Sequence record: SRR16203515_1217
DNA: 39,421 nt
Strand: one strand, 5' to 3'
Made by a program: the position numbers and the translations under genes. Numbering within the stretch: position 1 is the stretch's first letter; each line of letters starts with the position of its first letter. Of the stretch, positions 29,680 through 39,274 are shown piece by piece. The notes under the pieces were generated by a model that made no database searches, was not told where the DNA came from, and saw only the letters and a list, made by a program, of their open reading frames with translations.

Positions 29680-31217
29680 CCCTCGATTGCGTCTTCCAGG
29701 ATCTTAAAGAGCTCGTCTTCGCTGACGCGCTTTTGTTCGCAGGTATCGCGGTCACGCAGGGTGACGGTGCCGTCTTTTTCGATGGTGTCGAAGTCGATCG
29801 TAATCCCGAAGGGGGTTCCGATCTCATCCTGACGGCGGTAGCGGCGCCCGATTGCACCGGAAGCGTCGTAGAAGACATTCCAGCGGCGCTGCAATCTGCG
29901 GTAGAGTGCCTCGGCGCGTTCAACGAGTTCCGGTTTATTTTTGAGGAGCGGGAAGACCGCGGCCTTGTAGGGGGCAATGCGGGGGCTGAACTTTAAGAGG
30001 GTACGTTTTTCGGTTTTGCCCTTGTCGTTCGGAACTTCGTCCTCGCAATAAGCGGCAGTCAGGACCGCGAGGAGGGTGCGATCCACGCCAAGGGAGGGTT
30101 CGATGACATGCGGGACAAATTTCTCTTTGGAGGCTTCGTCGAAGAACTCCATGGATTTTCCGGAGAATTGTTGATGTTGCTTGAGGTCGTAGTCCGACCG
30201 GCAGGCGATTCCCCAGAGTTCCTGCTCGCCGTGGGGGAATTGAAACATGAGGTCGGTGGTGGCCTGTGAATAAAAGGCGAGCTTGTCCTCTGGGTGGATA
30301 TCTTCCGTTATCGCTTCGCGGGGCAGGCCAATCGCAACGAGCCAATCAATACAGGTATCGAGCCATTCGCGGTGGAGGCTGCGCCAGTCGGCGGAGGGCG
30401 CGATGAAATATTCGATTTCCATTTGCTCGAACTCGCGGGAACGGAAGATGAAATTGCGCGGGGTGATCTCGTTGCGGAAGGCTTTGCCGATTTGGGCGAT
30501 GCCGAAGGGGAGTTTTACACGGCCGGTATCGACGACGTTTTTGTAGTTCGCAAAAATTCCCTGTGCGGTTTCGGGGCGGAGGTAGGCGGTGGCGGAATCG
30601 TCTGCGAGGGGGCCGACTTTCGTTTCAAACATGAGTTTGAATTCGCGCGGCTCGGTGAGGGTGCCGGGTTCGGAGGCTTCGGGGCCGATGGTTTCGGCGC
30701 GCTCAGCTTCGGTGCTTTCGGTAAACTCGCGGGCCTGTTCGCCGAGGGCGGCTTCATCAATGGTCGCGGTTTTGTCGCCCGCGTGGTCGCGAATTTTTTT
30801 GGCGAGTTTCAGGCGGGAGGCGGGATCGCTTCCTTCAACGAAAGCGATAAAGCCGGAGGGCTGGTCGTTTAAAATGACGGGGCTGTAGAAAAGCTGGTCG
30901 GCGCGGTAACGGCTCTTGGATTCACGGCAATCCACCATGGGATCGGAGAAGCCATCGACGTGACCGGAGGCCTGCCAGATGCGTGGGTGCATGATGATGC
31001 TGGAATCGAGGCCCACGATGTCGTCGCGTTGTTGCACGAATTGACGCCACCATGCCTGTTTGATGTTGTTGCGAAGTTCAACGCCCAGGGGGCCGTAATC
31101 ATAGAACCCGTTATAGCCGCCGTAGATTTCGGATGAGGGAAAGATGAAGCCGCGTCGTTTACAAAGACCGACGAGTTCATCCATTAGGGCGGTGTTGGCA
31201 ACAGCAGGAGCGTTCAT
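29676..31217 (-). CDS. glyQS: Glycine--tRNA ligase (alpha2 homodimeric type)
   Basis: [60 protein letters not shown]. Confidence 0.96.
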   Translation of the reverse strand: MNAPAVANTALMDELVGLCKRRGFIFPSSEIYGGYNGFYDYGPLGVELRNNIKQAWWRQFVQQRDDIVGLDSSIIMHPRIWQASGHVDGFSDPMVDCRESKSRYRADQLFYSPVILNDQPSGFIAFVEGSDPASRLKLAKKIRDHAGDKTATIDEAALGEQAREFTESTEAERAETIGPEASEPGTLTEPREFKLMFETKVGPLADDSATAYLRPETAQGIFANYKNVVDTGRVKLPFGIAQIGKAFRNEITPRNFIFRSREFEQMEIEYFIAPSADWRSLHREWLDTCIDWLVAIGLPREAITEDIHPEDKLAFYSQATTDLMFQFPHGEQELWGIACRSDYDLKQHQQFSGKSMEFFDEASKEKFVPHVIEPSLGVDRTLLAVLTAAYCEDEVPNDKGKTEKRTLLKFSPRIAPYKAAVFPLLKNKPELVERAEALYRRLQRRWNVFYDASGAIGRRYRRQDEIGTPFGITIDFDTIEKDGTVTLRDRDTCEQKRVSEDELFKILEDAIEG

Positions 31218-31297
31218 AGGCGCTTGAAAGAAGCATTGAGGGCGGGGACGGTCAAGATTAGGTTGCAGGGGAGGGTGGAATACTCAAGCTGGCGGCA

Positions 31298-32005
31298 ATG
31301 CATAAGGCGGGCACACGAGCAGGCGAAGGGGGCGCAATCCATGACTTGAGTTTTTGGCAGGGGGTTTTGTTGCGTTTGCTGGTAGGGTTGATGCGCCTCT
31401 GGGCATCGACCTTGCGCCTACAGGTCCCTTCGGAATGCCACGCTTTTCTGGAAGCCTTGAAGGAACGCCCCGGCTTGGTGGTTTTATGGCACAACCGCTT
31501 GTTTATGGGGCCGGATTTGTTGCACCGATACGGGCTCAAGGGTCGGATGGCGGCCTTGGTGAGTGCGAGCGGGGACGGCGCCTGGATGAGTGCGGTGCTG
31601 GAGCTTTTTGGCATCGCGCCGGTGCGGGGTTCGCGAAACCGGCGGGGACGAAAGGCCTTGCAGGAATTAATAGCAGCCCGGCAGGCGGGGATGAGTATTC
31701 TGATAACTCCGGACGGTTCGCGGGGGCCGGTCTATGTCATGAAGCCCGGGGCGGCACGTTTGGCGCGTGAGACGGAATCGGACGTCTATCTGCTTTCTAT
31801 CAACTTCAGCCGCGCCTGGCGTTTGAAAACCTGGGATCGGTTTTACCTGCCGCGCCCCTTCAGCAAGGCGGAAATGCGGGTGCAATGTATTCCTGCCGAA
31901 ACTTTGATCGCAGCGACCAGTTGCGAAGCCGCCAACGAAATGTTGGAGGGTGCTTTAAATGACCTTACCGAAGATGCGATTCTGAGAAAGGGAGCAAAGA
32001 CTTAG
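31298..32005 (+). CDS. DUF374 / lysophospholipid acyltransferase-like protein
   Basis: LWH, VSASGDG, VRGS, ITPDGSRGP, TWDRFYLPRPFS. Confidence 0.85.
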   Translation: MHKAGTRAGEGGAIHDLSFWQGVLLRLLVGLMRLWASTLRLQVPSECHAFLEALKERPGLVVLWHNRLFMGPDLLHRYGLKGRMAALVSASGDGAWMSAVLELFGIAPVRGSRNRRGRKALQELIAARQAGMSILITPDGSRGPVYVMKPGAARLARETESDVYLLSINFSRAWRLKTWDRFYLPRPFSKAEMRVQCIPAETLIAATSCEAANEMLEGALNDLTEDAILRKGAKT

Positions 32006-32011
32006 TCTTAG

Positions 32012-32479
32012 CTACCACGCAAAGGTTGGGGAACTGATGGATTCCTTGCCTGCGATAACGGTAATATTTCCGCCCTCGGACCAAAGTTCGTCATTAATGA
32101 GGAATTTGAACTCGATGGATTTGGCAGGATAATGGGTCGTGAATCGCCATTCATAAGCGGAAACATTTTCCATTTGAATGCCGCGCTCCCAATCCAGTCC
32201 GCCATTTTCGCCCCGGATGTAGAGTTGATTGCCGAAGCCGACATCGACGCGGGCAATGATGCGGGTAAGTTTAATTTTTTTAGCGGGCGCTTTCTTAATG
32301 GCAGGCTTTTTAACGACCTGCTTCACCGCCTTCTTGGCGGGCGTTTTTTTCGCCGTAGCCTTTTTGGCGGCTACTTTTTTTGCCGGAGTTTTCTTCGCGG
32401 CAGTCTTCTTAGCCGGAGCCTTTTTAGCGGGCGCTTTTTTAGCAGCGACCTTCTTGGTGGATTTCTTTTTTATTGGCAT
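32012..32479 (-). CDS. Histone-H1-like Lys/Ala-rich repeat protein with C-terminal CBM20-like beta domain
   Basis: About 70 aa of xxAKK-type repeats, then [19 protein letters not shown]....W...[14 protein letters not shown]-like AAAGGAA upstream. Confidence 0.8.
   Translation of the reverse strand: MPIKKKSTKKVAAKKAPAKKAPAKKTAAKKTPAKKVAAKKATAKKTPAKKAVKQVVKKPAIKKAPAKKIKLTRIIARVDVGFGNQLYIRGENGGLDWERGIQMENVSAYEWRFTTHYPAKSIEFKFLINDELWSEGGNITVIAGKESISSPTFAW
32330..32449 (-). repeat. Eight tandem degenerate 15-bp coding repeats (xxAKK)
   Basis: [40 protein letters not shown] (residues 11-50). Confidence 0.9.
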
Positions 32480-32586
32480 GGTGGTTTCCTTTCTAGCGGG
32501 TGTGCTTGTATGGAAAGGATTAAAAGTAGCAAATTATGAGCCAATTGGGGAGCTTATAGTTTCCCTTTTATTCTTTTAAATAATTT

Positions 32587-33231
32587 TTAAAAGGCATCGC
32601 CTGTCAGGAGGAAGATAACTTCTTCTGCGAGGTTTTTGGCGTGGTCACCAATGCGTTCGATGGATTTTGAAATCAAGGCGGCTTCGAAACGGGTCAGATC
32701 CGAAAGCTGCCCCTGCATCGCCTCGGCAGAGAGGGTTTCAAAGTGATAATTGTTTAGGTCGTCGATTTCGCGATCCATGCGTATCACGGCATGTGCCTTT
32801 TCGAGGTCTTCCTCAACAAAGCAAGTGATGGCATCGTGGAGCAAGTCGGAGGCGAGGCGGCTCATGGCATCAAATTTAAGCGGTTCATTCAAGCGACCTT
32901 CGCGCCTAAGGAGATCCTTTGCTTTTTTTGCAATGGTATGCGCCTCATCGCCCACCCGCTCAAAGTCATGGCTCGCTTTCAGCGCCACTAGGATGAGGCG
33001 AACATCGGTTGAGACCGGAGACCGCAGGCTGATGTAGCGCATGCAGGCATGCCCGATTTCCTTCTCGAGGTCATCGATCGGATCATCCAGGGCAAGGACT
33101 GTATCCACTTTCCCTATGTCGCTCTGAAGAAGGCTTTCAATCGCCATCCGGGCCGCTTCGTTGGATTTTTCGCCAAGAAGGATAAGCTTGTTTCGTAATT
33201 CTTGAAGTTCGTCGTGGAAATAGCGTTGCAT
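32587..33231 (-). CDS. phoU: Phosphate signalling complex protein PhoU
   Basis: DDPIDDLE, P..TDVR, FERVGD, IERIGDHAKNLAE; follows pstB. Confidence 0.95.
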   Translation of the reverse strand: MQRYFHDELQELRNKLILLGEKSNEAARMAIESLLQSDIGKVDTVLALDDPIDDLEKEIGHACMRYISLRSPVSTDVRLILVALKASHDFERVGDEAHTIAKKAKDLLRREGRLNEPLKFDAMSRLASDLLHDAITCFVEEDLEKAHAVIRMDREIDDLNNYHFETLSAEAMQGQLSDLTRFEAALISKSIERIGDHAKNLAEEVIFLLTGDAF

Positions 33232-33262
33232 GATATTGGAGCAAAAAAATTTCTAGTGGGAT

Positions 33263-34072
33263 TTATCCAAAACGTCCGGAGACGTAGGCTTCGGTCTTTG
33301 GGTTCTCAGGATTCATGAAGATTTGTTCGGTGGGCCCATACTCAATGAGTTTGCCTAAATAGAAGAAGGCGGTGCGGTCAGAGAGCCGGGCGGCCTGTTG
33401 CATGTTATGGGTTACAATGACTATGGTATAATCCTTTTTGAGTCCATGAATAAGTTCCTCGACTTTGGCAGTGGCGACCGGATCAAGGGCGGAACAGGGT
33501 TCATCCATCAGGATAATCTTGGGTTTAACGGCGAGGGCGCGGGCGATGCAAAGGCGTTGTTGTTGTCCCCCCGACATCCCGAGCGCACTGTCACCGAGCC
33601 GATCCTTGACTTCGTCCCAGAGTGCTGCGCCGCGCAGGCAGCGTTCCACCACTTCATCGAGTTCGCTTTTGCGTTTGATGCCTTGGATGCGGAGACCATA
33701 GGCGATGTTATCGTAGATCGACTTGGGGAAGGGGTTGGATTTTTGGAAGACCATCCCGACGTGTTTGCGCAACTCGATAACGTCGACATCGCGTTTGTAG
33801 ATATCGATGCCGCTGATTTTGATTTGCCCACCGAGGATGCGGGTGTTGTCGATGAGGTCGTTCATCCGGTTGAAGCAGCGGAGGAAGGTGGACTTGCCGC
33901 AACCCGAAGGGCCGATGAGGGCGGTCACTTCTTTTTTATGGATATCCATTGAGATATCGAAGAGCGCCTGAGTGGGGCCGTAGGCAAAACTGAAATCGCG
34001 GGTTTCAATAATTGCTTTTGCCTCTGGGGCAGGGTTGGGCTTTGTGCTTTCAGGTTGGATTGCGAGGTTCAT
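33263..34072 (-). CDS. pstB: Phosphate ABC transporter ATPase
   Basis: [40 protein letters not shown]. Start uncertain (34072, or 34117 as in the track). Confidence 0.96.
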   Translation of the reverse strand: MNLAIQPESTKPNPAPEAKAIIETRDFSFAYGPTQALFDISMDIHKKEVTALIGPSGCGKSTFLRCFNRMNDLIDNTRILGGQIKISGIDIYKRDVDVIELRKHVGMVFQKSNPFPKSIYDNIAYGLRIQGIKRKSELDEVVERCLRGAALWDEVKDRLGDSALGMSGGQQQRLCIARALAVKPKIILMDEPCSALDPVATAKVEELIHGLKKDYTIVIVTHNMQQAARLSDRTAFFYLGKLIEYGPTEQIFMNPENPKTEAYVSGRFG

Positions 34073-34110
34073 GCTATGGACGGTTGAAATATTACGGGAG
34101 GGCTTTTGGG

Positions 34111-35313
34111 TTACCATTTATATTTGGAGCGAACGTGGATGCGTAGGAGAATGCTGCTGAGGGCAAAGAAGCCTACAATGAAAAGAAAGACGAATGCGGT
34201 GCCGTATTGCATGTCGCGGGTGTATTCGTTTTGGGGGATCTTGGAACTGACGACATAAATATGGTAGGGGAGTGCCATGACTCCCTGGAAGAAAAAGTCG
34301 GTGGGTTGCTCGAGGCCTTGCCAGGGGAGCTGGTCGCGCAGGGCGAAGGCGGCGGTAAACATGATAGGGGCGGTTTCACCGGCGACGCGCGCGATGCCCA
34401 TGATCGAAGAAGTCAGGATTCCCGGCAGGGCGTAGGGCAGGACATTGGTGCGGATAGAGGTCCATTTGGTTGCCCCCAGCGCGAGGGAGCCTTCGCGGAA
34501 TCCGCGCGGGATCGCACGCATGGATTCCTCGCTGGCGGCGATGATGACGGGGAGTGCCATGATCGCGAGGGTGAACCAGCCCGCAATCATGGAGACGCCC
34601 CAGTCGAAGAAGAGGACAAACATGCCAAAGCCAAAGAGACCAAAGACAATCGAGGGCACCCCGGAGAGATTGAGAATCGAGAGGCGAATCGCCTGAAGGG
34701 TTTTGCCGGGGCGGCTGTATTCGCTGAGATAGATGGCACAGAGGAGGCCCAGGCTGAGGGCGATGGCGATGGAGCCGAGCACCAGAAGGCAGGTTCCAAT
34801 GATGGCGGGGCCGATTCCGCCGCCGCTGTAGGCATAGGTTTGGTGTTTGAATTTCGAAAGCTCGGGCGTGCGGGCAAGGGCACGGTATTCGTCGTCGCTA
34901 TACTTGAGTCGTTCCGCTTTGCGTTGGCCGTCCCATATTTCTATCTCGCCCTGCAGCTTGCCGATTTGTTCCGAGTATTCCGTCCGTTGCTCGGTGTCAT
35001 TGCTTCCGAGTGCCTTGCGCTTTGCTTGCAATTGCAGGATCTGGGTGCGCCGTTTCTGGATTTCGTTATAGGGCTCAAGGGGCTCAAAGACATGCAGGGT
35101 TTGCGGTTTTTCGGTGAGGAACTGGGTGTTGATGAAGGGCGCCTTGCTCTGAAAGACGGCCTTCGACCCGTTCGCGGCAATATCAATAAAGATATAGGCC
35201 GCCGCAAGGATGACGCAATAGGTCATCAAGCGGAAGAGATTGACCACGATTACCTCAATGGTCTTCTTCCGGGAGGAGCGTATTGCGAAGCGGTGTAATT
35301 TAGGTTTGGCCAT
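34111..35313 (-). CDS. pstA: Phosphate ABC transporter permease PstA with ~90-aa helical insertion
   Basis: [46 protein letters not shown]. Start placed at ATG 35313. Confidence 0.93.
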   Translation of the reverse strand: MAKPKLHRFAIRSSRKKTIEVIVVNLFRLMTYCVILAAAYIFIDIAANGSKAVFQSKAPFINTQFLTEKPQTLHVFEPLEPYNEIQKRRTQILQLQAKRKALGSNDTEQRTEYSEQIGKLQGEIEIWDGQRKAERLKYSDDEYRALARTPELSKFKHQTYAYSGGGIGPAIIGTCLLVLGSIAIALSLGLLCAIYLSEYSRPGKTLQAIRLSILNLSGVPSIVFGLFGFGMFVLFFDWGVSMIAGWFTLAIMALPVIIAASEESMRAIPRGFREGSLALGATKWTSIRTNVLPYALPGILTSSIMGIARVAGETAPIMFTAAFALRDQLPWQGLEQPTDFFFQGVMALPYHIYVVSSKIPQNEYTRDMQYGTAFVFLFIVGFFALSSILLRIHVRSKYKW

Positions 35314-35330
35314 GCTCGATTCAAGAGGGG

Positions 35331-37139
35331 TTAGTCGCCGACCTTGCGGTATTTTTTGACGACCCACTGGGCACCGTAGTTGATTAAAAGGGAAACAAAG
35401 AAAAGAACTATACCAACCATGAAGAGGGCGCGATAGTGAACGCTCCCGCGCACGACCTCGCCCATTTCCTGTGCAATGATTCCGGTCATGGTATGGACCG
35501 GTTGAAAGAAAACCCCGAGGCCGTCGGAGAAATCGGGAATTTTGATGCGGTTGCCGGCGCAGAGGAGCACCACCATCGTTTCGCCAATGACGCGACCAAA
35601 GCCGAGCATGACCGCTGAGATGATGCCGGAGAGCGCCGAGGGCACTATGACGCGCAGGGTGGTTTGCAGGCGGGTGGCACCTACCGCAAAGGAGGCCTCC
35701 TTAAAGTGGCGGGGGATGTTGTTGATGGCGTCTTCCGCAAGGGTAAAGATGGTGGGAATCGCCATGAGCGCGAGCAGGCCGCCGGCAGTAAAGGCATTGA
35801 GGCGTTCCTGCAGCGGGAAGAAGGGCACCCATGCCATGAATTCAAACTGGGAGAGTTGCCGGATTGCTTCTCCGAAGACGACTACCCCAAAGAAACCGAT
35901 CACCACCGAGGGAATCGCCGACACGAATTCGACGTAGGGCTTGATGAGGTTGCGCTCCACCGGGCCGGCGATTTGGTTTACATAGATCGCGGCGCCCACG
36001 CCGAAGGGTACCGCAAAGAAGAGGGCAATGATGGAAATGAGGAGCGAACCGCCGAGGAGGGGCAGGAGCCCATACCAATCCTGCTGGTCGCTGGCGGTGA
36101 CCCAGTCCTTGCCGGCCAGGAAGGCAACCAGGGCGCGCCAAATCGGGATCGCCTCGTTTTGATTCCAGGCCGCAAGTTTGGCTCGGTGCTCCGGGAGGCT
36201 CGCGAGGTATTGCTCGTTTAATTCGCGAAAGCGTTCGATGCGTTTATCCAGATCGGGATCGTTGAATTCGATGGCATCGGCGCGGTCTAATACGGTGTAA
36301 ATATCCGCTTTCAGTTTCGTCAGGATCGCGGCGTAGGCTTCTTGGTCAGCGGTGATGACCGCAATACTTTCATTGAAATCAACTGGCTGGATCATCTGGC
36401 GGGTGGCTTCTGCCTGTTGCTGGAGGAGGTCGAGCATTAAGACGCGTGCCCTTGCATCAAAAGCAGCGCCGCTTTCAAGGTCGGCGACGACCCTTTGAAC
36501 CTCTTGCAATTCTGTTTCCGCCAAACTGTTTTCCCGCATATATTGCTTTAGGCGTTGGGCATGACGCAGGCGCTCCTCCTCTCCCGGGCGGTAATCGGCA
36601 TGGCGGATCGTTTCCATTTCGGCGGTGTAATTGCCAACCGTCTCGCGAAGGTTCTCGTTCGTTATGTAGCGATCGCGCACCTCGACGGAAGCATCCATTT
36701 TCTGCTTAATGAATCCGCGCAATTGCGACCCGGCTCGAATGTAATGAAGAAAAAATGCTTTGGCCTCGGGGGCCGTGACGATTGCCGCCAGTTCTTTTTT
36801 GGTGAGCCCTTCCGCTTTAAGGTTTTGGATCCATTCGGCGCGGATGTCGTTGAGGTAACGGTTCAGGGCGCTGAAATCATCGCGCGATTCCTTTAGGATA
36901 TCCACATATTCGAGTCCGGAAAGGCGGTATTCCTGCAGGCTCTTGTGGTAGCTGCCTAAAAATCCGGCGCCCTCCTTGAAGAGGAAAATCGTGATGAGGC
37001 CGAGGACGACAATGGCAACGGTGGCGGAACTGCCAAAAAACCCTTTGATGATGGAATCCTTGTCCTTACCAAAGAGTACATTTTTACGCCGGTCAAAGCG
37101 GGCGGCGTTTGGTTCACTTGCCTTTGAATCCTGGGTCAT
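35331..37139 (-). CDS. pstC: Phosphate ABC transporter permease PstC with ~275-aa helical insertion
   Basis: [41 protein letters not shown]; 602 aa versus about 300 aa for canonical PstC. Confidence 0.93.
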   Translation of the reverse strand: MTQDSKASEPNAARFDRRKNVLFGKDKDSIIKGFFGSSATVAIVVLGLITIFLFKEGAGFLGSYHKSLQEYRLSGLEYVDILKESRDDFSALNRYLNDIRAEWIQNLKAEGLTKKELAAIVTAPEAKAFFLHYIRAGSQLRGFIKQKMDASVEVRDRYITNENLRETVGNYTAEMETIRHADYRPGEEERLRHAQRLKQYMRENSLAETELQEVQRVVADLESGAAFDARARVLMLDLLQQQAEATRQMIQPVDFNESIAVITADQEAYAAILTKLKADIYTVLDRADAIEFNDPDLDKRIERFRELNEQYLASLPEHRAKLAAWNQNEAIPIWRALVAFLAGKDWVTASDQQDWYGLLPLLGGSLLISIIALFFAVPFGVGAAIYVNQIAGPVERNLIKPYVEFVSAIPSVVIGFFGVVVFGEAIRQLSQFEFMAWVPFFPLQERLNAFTAGGLLALMAIPTIFTLAEDAINNIPRHFKEASFAVGATRLQTTLRVIVPSALSGIISAVMLGFGRVIGETMVVLLCAGNRIKIPDFSDGLGVFFQPVHTMTGIIAQEMGEVVRGSVHYRALFMVGIVLFFVSLLINYGAQWVVKKYRKVGD

Positions 37140-37255
37140 ACAGTAGGTGCAGAGGCTTTAAAGAATGATTTCATAGCCGGTTTTTCGGTCGTCAGGTGTG
37201 CGTTAAAGAATCCAGATCAAGGGTATGAATACCTTCGCGCTTTAAGCCAAGCAAA

Positions 37256-37290
37256 CAAGCGGCGCAAAATACAATTTTTTGCGCCGCTTG
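37256..37290 (-). terminator. Strong hairpin after pstS (partial terminator or mRNA-stabilising element)
   Basis: CAAGCGGCGCAAAA-7 nt-TTTTGCGCCGCTTG, a perfect 14-bp stem 20 nt downstream of the pstS stop. Confidence 0.7.
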
Positions 37291-37310
37291 GCCTGGAATA
37301 GGTTTTTGAC

Positions 37311-38138
37311 CTAGTAAATGGGGAGGAAGTGTACCTGGCTCACGATGGCCTGACCTTCAGGGCTCATCGTGAAGCCGATGAAGTCATTGGCATTCGCGCT
37401 CAGAGCAGCATTGCCGTCGATCAGGTAATAGAGTGGGCGAGCCAGGGGATAATCCGATGCATCGGGGTTGATGCCCTCGACCGGGAGGACCTTAACACCC
37501 GGGGTATTGATGTAAGCAAGTCCGACATAGCCAATCCCATAGGGGTTTTTAGCGACTTCCGCTGCGATTTGTTCATTGCCCGCCATTTTCTGGGTTTCTG
37601 AACCGTAGTCGCGGGAACTCATGCCCATCTTCTGGAAAACCGCGTAGGTTCCCGAGGAAGTGTTGCGGGTGTAGGCGGAGATTGTTCCGGCTTCCATTGA
37701 GATTGCGGACCAGTCTGTTACGTCACCGGAAAAGATCAGCTCAATTTCTTCGAGGCTAATGGACTCAAGGGGACTGGCTTCATTGACAATGATCGCGATG
37801 CCGTCTTTGCCAACCGTTAGGGCTTTCATGTTGACGCCCTTCGCCTTCGCTTTGGCAATTTCCTTCTCTTTGGGATCGCGGGAAGACATTCCAATTTCGG
37901 CAGTGGCATCAATGACGGAGGCTACCCCGGTGGACGAGCCCTCGGCGGCGATTTCAAAGGCGATCTCGCGGCCCTGAGCCTTGAGCTTCGCTTTGAATGC
38001 CTCCGCTAGTTGCGGTACCATCTTTGCACCCAAAGTATCGGAGCCCTTAATTACGAGAGTGTCATTGGCGCTAGCAAAGGATGCACCGAGGTATAGTAGC
38101 GCGATGGCTGTGTATAATAGCGAGATGATTTTTTTCAT
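37311..38138 (-). CDS. pstS: Phosphate ABC transporter substrate-binding protein
   Basis: Signal peptide (ASA), IKGSDT, GSSTG, MSSR, RNTSSGT, IGYVG, YPLARPL. Confidence 0.95.
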   Translation of the reverse strand: MKKIISLLYTAIALLYLGASFASANDTLVIKGSDTLGAKMVPQLAEAFKAKLKAQGREIAFEIAAEGSSTGVASVIDATAEIGMSSRDPKEKEIAKAKAKGVNMKALTVGKDGIAIIVNEASPLESISLEEIELIFSGDVTDWSAISMEAGTISAYTRNTSSGTYAVFQKMGMSSRDYGSETQKMAGNEQIAAEVAKNPYGIGYVGLAYINTPGVKVLPVEGINPDASDYPLARPLYYLIDGNAALSANANDFIGFTMSPEGQAIVSQVHFLPIY

Positions 38139-38204
38139 AGAATTTATTGAGTGTATTTGATGTTGATGTTGGAACAGCGGTTTTCACCGCAATCGTTCGC
38201 CTGA

Positions 38205-38258
38205 ATAGTAACAACCGAATGTGGCATGAATATTACATAAATGTGACAATTCTGTGAA
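38205..38258 (-). promoter_or_regulatory. pstS promoter: four Pho-box-like half-sites plus extended -10
   Basis: Minus strand TTCAC-agaatt-GTCAC-atttat-GTAAT-attcat-GCCAC (exact 11-bp period), then TGT-TACTAT. Confidence 0.8.
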
Positions 38259-38344
38259 TTTGAAAAAAACCAGACTCCGTCCGCGCGCTGAATTTTGGAC
38301 CGGCGGCCAGCCGTGCGGTCAGGATTTTAAGGAAAACTCAACAT

Positions 38345-38398
38345 TTCACCGTTCTGTAACAATTCCTTAACTGCTTCGTAACATTAAGGTGGTACTGT
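38345..38398 (+). promoter_or_regulatory. Porin promoter: four Pho-box-like half-sites plus extended -10
   Basis: TTCAC-cgttct-GTAAC-aattcc-TTAAC-tgcttc-GTAAC (11-bp period), then TGG-TACTGT. Confidence 0.8.
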
Positions 38399-38438
38399 AG
38401 CGTTGTTGCGACGCAACAGAACTTAACTATATAACACT

Positions 38439-39274
38439 ATGAATATTTATAAAATATTACTAATCGGTTTGATCACCTTTGCGGTGAGTGGATACGGCGC
38501 CAACAGCGACGCCTTGCTGGATCTGCTGGTTAAAAAAGGAATCCTGACCGAGGCTGAAGTACAGGCCGTTGAAGCAGAGATGGCCACCAGTGCGCCCCTA
38601 GCCTTGAAGGCAAAAGGCAAGGAAACCGTGGAGCTCCGTTTTAACGGTCGCCTCCAGGGTCAATTCGACGGCCTTGGCATGCAGCAGAATGGTTCGGATC
38701 TTCCGAGCACCTCGCATTTCTACTTCCGCCGTCTCTTCCTCGGCGCGAAAGCAAAACTCCAGAACGGGATTTTTGCCGAGACCGTCCTCGACTTTGCCCG
38801 TGATGGGGATGAGGGCGACTACGGCGTCAGCTTCGACAAAGCCTACATGGGATACAAGTTCAAAAACGGCGTCACCGGAATGCTGGGCTTCTTAAAGGTC
38901 CCCTTCGGCTTCGAGGAAACCACCTCTTCGTCGAAACTGCCCACCATTGAGCGTTCCGCCGCAAACCGTTTCTTCGCGGACGATATCGACTTCTCCTCCC
39001 GCCATACCGGACTGCATTTCAAGGGCGACCTTGAGGGAGGCTTCAGTTACGCCGCCGCGCTCGTTAACTCGGCTCAGGGCGAAGGCTCCCGCCTCCTCGG
39101 CGAATCCAACTCCAGCAACGACATGGCGGTCTTTGGCCGCCTCCAGTGGGCGAATGACGAGCTCACCCTCGGCCTCGATGCCGGCACGCAGTCCAATAAT
39201 ATGACCAAGGGTGCAAATGAAGTTGCAATCAATGCGAACGTCACCGCCTACACCGCCTATGCAAATTACAAGCT
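38439..39274 (+). CDS. Phosphate-selective porin (OprO/OprP-like), 5' part
   Basis: Manual translation MNIYKILLIGLITFAVSGYGANSDALLDLLVKKGILTEAE...RFNGRLQGQFD...FYFRRLFLG...KVPFGFEETTSSSKLPTIERS; divergent from pstS behind Pho boxes. The frame has no stop to the window end, so it is absent from the track; sequence beyond ~39274 appears inverted. Confidence 0.85.

Noticed and set aside
32270..32470. Tandem repeats as a CRISPR array or VNTR
   Set aside because: Degenerate in-frame 15-bp coding repeats with no spacers and no cas genes.
34207..35298. 363-aa + strand ORF opposite pstA
   Set aside because: Antisense shadow of a membrane-protein gene.
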